Source of the DNA: Nitrospirales bacterium
GTDB taxonomy: Bacteria; Nitrospirota; Nitrospiria; Nitrospirales; UBA8639
Assembly (NCBI GenBank): GCA_963555755.3
Contig: OY820905.2
Location: 1,888,001 to 1,952,000 of the forward strand
DNA: 64,000 nt
Direction of reading: 5' to 3'
Every line of letters begins with the position of its first letter. The first letter of the stretch is position 1. A model generated the notes under the pieces. It was not told the DNA's origin. It ran no database searches and was given only the letters and a program-made list of their open reading frames with translations. The position numbers and the translations under genes are program-made. Positions 60,346-64,000 of this stretch are shown here, piece by piece.

Positions 60346-61356
60346 ATGGCTAATGGTCACTCTCAAGTTGCTCCGTCGTCGCTGACCATGGATGAGGTCT
60401 TCGAGGCCTATCGAGAGGATCTTGAGGAAATCGAAGCCCACATTCGTCGAAATTTGGACTCCGAAGCCCCGCTCATTAATGAGATTGCCGCCCATATTTT
60501 AAATGGAGGTGGCAAGCGCATTCGTCCTCTTCTCCTGAGTCTCTGTGCACGCCTGAACGGCTATGTTCCGAAACAGGATTTGGTTCTCGGAAGCCTCATC
60601 GAATTTATCCATACCGCCACATTGCTTCACGACGACGTGCTAGACGAAGCTGACCTCCGTCGCGGGCAACGGACCGCTCGACGCATCTGGGGCAACCATG
60701 CCAGTATTTTAGTCGGTGACTACCTGTATGCCCGTGCCATGCAAGAAATCGCGGCGTTCCAAAACCATGACGTGAATGATGTCATGGCCATTGCCTGCCG
60801 CAAAATGGCCGAAGGTGAGATCCTGCAACTATGCGCAAATCGCCAGCCCCTGCTACAGGAGGCTGACTACCTGCGCATTGTTGAATACAAGACTGGCGCG
60901 TTGGTGGCCTCGGCCTGCAAAGTAGGGGCAATTATCAGCGGCACCTCGCCAATGCACCAAGACAGGCTCTACCAGTTTGGGTTGTACTTGGGTATTGCGT
61001 TTCAGCTAGCTGATGATCAGTTAGATTACACAGCTAACGGAGAGAGTTTAGGCAAGACCTTGGGACAGGATCTGATGCAAGGCATGATCACTCTTCCACT
61101 CCTGCATCTCTTACAAGCCTGCTCGTATGAGGAGCGCCAGGAACTTACACGCAACATTGAATCCAAAACCATTGAGGAAAATGATTTACTTCATATTACG
61201 ACTATGATGGACCAGTATGGATCGCTTCAATACACGACCACCCGCTCCCTAGAGTATATTAACGCTGCACGGTTAATCCTCGACTCCTTTGAAGACTCGC
61301 CCGCCAAACGGGCTCTCGCCGTCGTCGCCGATTACATGGTCAACAGGGACCGATAA
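60346..61356 (+). CDS. ispB: Long-chain polyprenyl diphosphate synthase (IspB-like)
   Basis: GGKRIRP, HDDVLD (FARM), FQLADD, GKTLGQDL. Confidence 0.88.
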   Translation: MANGHSQVAPSSLTMDEVFEAYREDLEEIEAHIRRNLDSEAPLINEIAAHILNGGGKRIRPLLLSLCARLNGYVPKQDLVLGSLIEFIHTATLLHDDVLDEADLRRGQRTARRIWGNHASILVGDYLYARAMQEIAAFQNHDVNDVMAIACRKMAEGEILQLCANRQPLLQEADYLRIVEYKTGALVASACKVGAIISGTSPMHQDRLYQFGLYLGIAFQLADDQLDYTANGESLGKTLGQDLMQGMITLPLLHLLQACSYEERQELTRNIESKTIEENDLLHITTMMDQYGSLQYTTTRSLEYINAARLILDSFEDSPAKRALAVVADYMVNRDR

Positions 61357-61491
61357 CGGCCTATCCACTTCCCGCCTATTTCTTTCTCAATTTTCAGCTC
61401 CACGCACCGTAAAAAGCCGACAGACCTAGTCCCTTCAACCAGAATTTCCAGTAGAAAATGAGGCCTTCTTCCGTGTTGTCATTTCGACCAG

Positions 61492-61601
61492 GGTGAGAAG
61501 ACGAGAAAAGGGGGTCAGACTCGATTTAATTGCGGAGTCGCTGACCGCAGCATGTGTAATGTATTAAATCGAGTCTGACCCCTTTTTCGCGTTTTCTCAC
61601 C
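61492..61601. repeat. REP-like inverted repeat of GGGTCAGACTCGA type between convergent genes
   Basis: gggggtcagactcgatttaat ... attaaatcgagtctgacccc with extended outer stem. Confidence 0.8.
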
Positions 61602-61649
61602 ACCTCCCTCACTTCGTGTCGGGACAAGGAGGTAAAAAATTGAAATTTC

Positions 61650-62642
61650 TTAGGAGGAAGGATTCGTAGAGGATACTACCGGTTTCTCTTTCAGGAGGAC
61701 TAACAATAGCAGACCGATCAATATCCAGAGGACTTCGCGCAGTCGGCGGATCAACGCAAAGGTAATGCCCGTGACTTCGTCGTATCCAAAACTCAGGAGC
61801 AAAAAGAGATACCCGCCTTCCTGAGCCCCAAGACTCCCCGGGATAAAGAATCCGGCCCCTTTGATCAACACTGAAATCGCGGCAATGGAAAAGGCTGACA
61901 GCAGGGTGACGTCCATACCCAGGAAATACAATATGGCGTACACCTCGAATGTCTCGATCGACCACGCCACAAAATAAATCAACACGGCAAACCGAAAGGT
62001 GCCGCCTCGTTCACGATAAAACCCTCGAATGGTGTTGTCTAAGTCTAGCAGCTGGGTTTCACGGGATTCCAGAAATCGTATTGGTAGCCGGATCTTTCGA
62101 AGAATGGTGAGTAGTCCTAACCCAATGCCATACCGTTGAATCACAAACAGCAGGAGTAATCCAAACGCGAGCATGCCCAGACCCACACCCGCCATCAGCA
62201 CATTGTAGCCGGATCCTCCGAGGATCCAAAACGTCAGGACAATCCCCAGGAGCATAAAGAGTATCTGGGCCAGGACCATGGCGGTCTTCGCGGTCACGAG
62301 GGAAGCCAACCCATCAACCACGGGAACATCATATGGTTTAAGCAGGTAGGCTTTCATGGGTTCTCCAACCACTATCCCGGTCGGCGTGGTGACATTGATC
62401 GCTTCTCCTGCCATCCGCACGGCGAACAAGCGAAGAAAGCTCACTCGATCGGCCCAAGGTCCCAGGGTAAGCTGCCACCCGTACGCCTCGAGTACATACA
62501 CGGCGAGAAGAGGCAACAAAATAATGCCAATTGAAACCACGCCCAACTGTTCAGTGGTGTGGACGATCTGAGATGGCCCAATGTGCCAAATCAACCCACC
62601 GAGTACCGTAAGACCGATAACAAGGAAGACGAGTCGAATCAT
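61650..62642 (-). CDS. Lysylphosphatidylglycerol-synthase TM (flippase-like) domain protein
   Basis: AGEAINVTTP..GEPMK, IPGSLGAQEGG, ALIRRLRE. Confidence 0.85.
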   Translation of the reverse strand: MIRLVFLVIGLTVLGGLIWHIGPSQIVHTTEQLGVVSIGIILLPLLAVYVLEAYGWQLTLGPWADRVSFLRLFAVRMAGEAINVTTPTGIVVGEPMKAYLLKPYDVPVVDGLASLVTAKTAMVLAQILFMLLGIVLTFWILGGSGYNVLMAGVGLGMLAFGLLLLFVIQRYGIGLGLLTILRKIRLPIRFLESRETQLLDLDNTIRGFYRERGGTFRFAVLIYFVAWSIETFEVYAILYFLGMDVTLLSAFSIAAISVLIKGAGFFIPGSLGAQEGGYLFLLLSFGYDEVTGITFALIRRLREVLWILIGLLLLVLLKEKPVVSSTNPSS

Positions 62643-62649
62643 TGGGTTA

Positions 62650-63143
62650 GGGCCTGTGAAAAGATAACTTGGACAACATCGCGCCCAGATTTGTGTCGGA
62701 TTTGGACGGAACGATTGAGAAAAAATGGATCATACAGAATATATGGTTCTATCCTACCGCCATCCAATTCTGGCCACATGGAGTTTCTTGGCCATGGCGT
62801 TGCTTCCTGTGAGCGTTCTTGCTTGTGTCGCTGCACGATCGTATCGTGCCCTCTTCCCACGGACCAAGGGGCTATGACGCCAGGAAGAGGCAGCATGAGA
62901 TGCTGCAGCGACCTAAAAATACAAGACGACGCCATTCGCTCAAAAGGAGAGGCGACATAACCCACGAGGAGTGCCATAAATTTATTGGCACCTGATCGTA
63001 TTGTGCTGCCAGAACCCTAAATTCTGCATGATCCGAAAAAACCGAGGCATAGCATGCCTATATTGAGGTGTTTTTGATTGAGGCGCGTTCAAAGATGGCC
63101 CGAAGATGGGATGCGAGATGTCCAAGTTATTTTTTACAGGCCC
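62650..63143. mobile_element. MITE-like family B copy 3, interrupted by a 308-bp insert
   Basis: Left half 62650-62726 and right half 63035-63143 rejoin to match copy 2. Confidence 0.85.
62727..63034. mobile_element. Internally deleted IS remnant with 24-bp imperfect TIRs and 8-bp A-rich target duplication (ISL3-like)
   Basis: gaaaaaat|ggatcatacagaatatatggttct ... agaaccctaaattctgcatgatcc|gaaaaaac. Confidence 0.75.
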
Positions 63144-63234
63144 TTGGCTCAAATGTAAAGAGTGCTGCGTCATGCAGTGATGCGTAAAGAATTTTTCGCG
63201 CTTCACAAATCACGCTTCACATGACTTCAATCTA

Positions 63235-64000
63235 TTAGGAGGGGTGTGGAAGAATCGCTTTGCGGAGGGTCCAGGCCATCATCAGTGCAAAAAAAGTTGA
63301 TCCCAAGGCACTCAACCATAAGAACCACGGCAGGAGACCGAGGCATGCGAACAACAAGACCACGACGGAGAAGTCCCGATTGGCCACATTGCCAAGGATA
63401 AACTCCAGCGGTGTTCGTTGTGCCGGACTGATTTGCCGCCAAGCCTTGGGATTGGCTTTCATGTACTGCACCCGATTCACAAACCAAAACGAAAAACCAT
63501 TCCCCATGACCGTGATGGTCCCGAGCACGAGCGGCAAAGGGCTCTGTTGCCAGGGCCCTGTTACATACGCACCCCAAGCAATGCCGGCAAAAATGGCCAT
63601 GTGCACGACGTTATCCGCAATGATATCCAGCTCTTGTCCAAAACGAGATTCAGCAAACGTCAACCTTGCGACTTCTCCATCGCAGCAATCCACCACCACA
63701 GATAATTGGAACAGTATTGCTGCGATAATGCCTAATTCATAGGATCCGCCGGCAAAGAACGCAGCACTAAGCAAACCAATGAGCATGGACACAATCGTGA
63801 TCGCATTCGGGGAGACACCTAGCTTAATGAACAGTCGTGTTAACACGCTGGAGATTTTTCGGTTGACGTACCGATCGACGAGTCCGTCCATGCCACCTTT
63901 CACGGTTTGTAAGGAGTGACACAACATCTGTTCCGCTCGTAGCAGCCCTTTAGGGCCACGGGCATCGAGGAAATCCTTGGACGTCGTCGACACGGTATTC
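63235..64000 (-). CDS. CDP-alcohol phosphatidyltransferase family protein (5' part beyond the right edge)
   Basis: SPNAIT, DCCDGEVAR....S..G..LD..AD signature; frame stays open to the window end. Confidence 0.9.
   Translation of the reverse strand, partial: NTVSTTSKDFLDARGPKGLLRAEQMLCHSLQTVKGGMDGLVDRYVNRKISSVLTRLFIKLGVSPNAITIVSMLIGLLSAAFFAGGSYELGIIAAILFQLSVVVDCCDGEVARLTFAESRFGQELDIIADNVVHMAIFAGIAWGAYVTGPWQQSPLPLVLGTITVMGNGFSFWFVNRVQYMKANPKAWRQISPAQRTPLEFILGNVANRDFSVVVLLFACLGLLPWFLWLSALGSTFFALMMAWTLRKAILPHPS

Overview
Bacterial chromosome segment whose gene content (two cytochrome bd-like oxidase subunit I paralogues without subunit II, a diheme cytochrome c with an ethylbenzene-dehydrogenase-gamma-like domain, a ~1700-aa multicopper oxidase) points to a Nitrospira-like nitrite oxidiser; the taxonomy is inferred. 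Order: secD(partial)-yajC-tgt-argS; an intact IS110 element; a GT9 gene and mobA; a respiratory cluster with unannotated microproteins; a copper-protein cluster; dat and hypotheticals; an accessory island (ProVWX-type transporter, two SAM methyltransferases, VapBC-type TA); gltBD; a RelE-type TA; cysC; a polyprenyl synthase; membrane-lipid genes. Intergenic DNA is packed with often nested MITE/REP-like repeats. Main finding: the IS110 (5156-6371) can be read end to end as an RNA-guided bridge-recombinase system. It shows a duplicated CT core, a TTGACT-17-TATAAT promoter formed only on circularisation, a left-end RNA with target- and donor-binding loops matching the actual flanks, and an empty copy of its REP-like target at 40924-40937. 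Its recombinase stop codon is completed by the target DNA. All assignments come from manual reading and motif recognition; no searches or folding programs were run.
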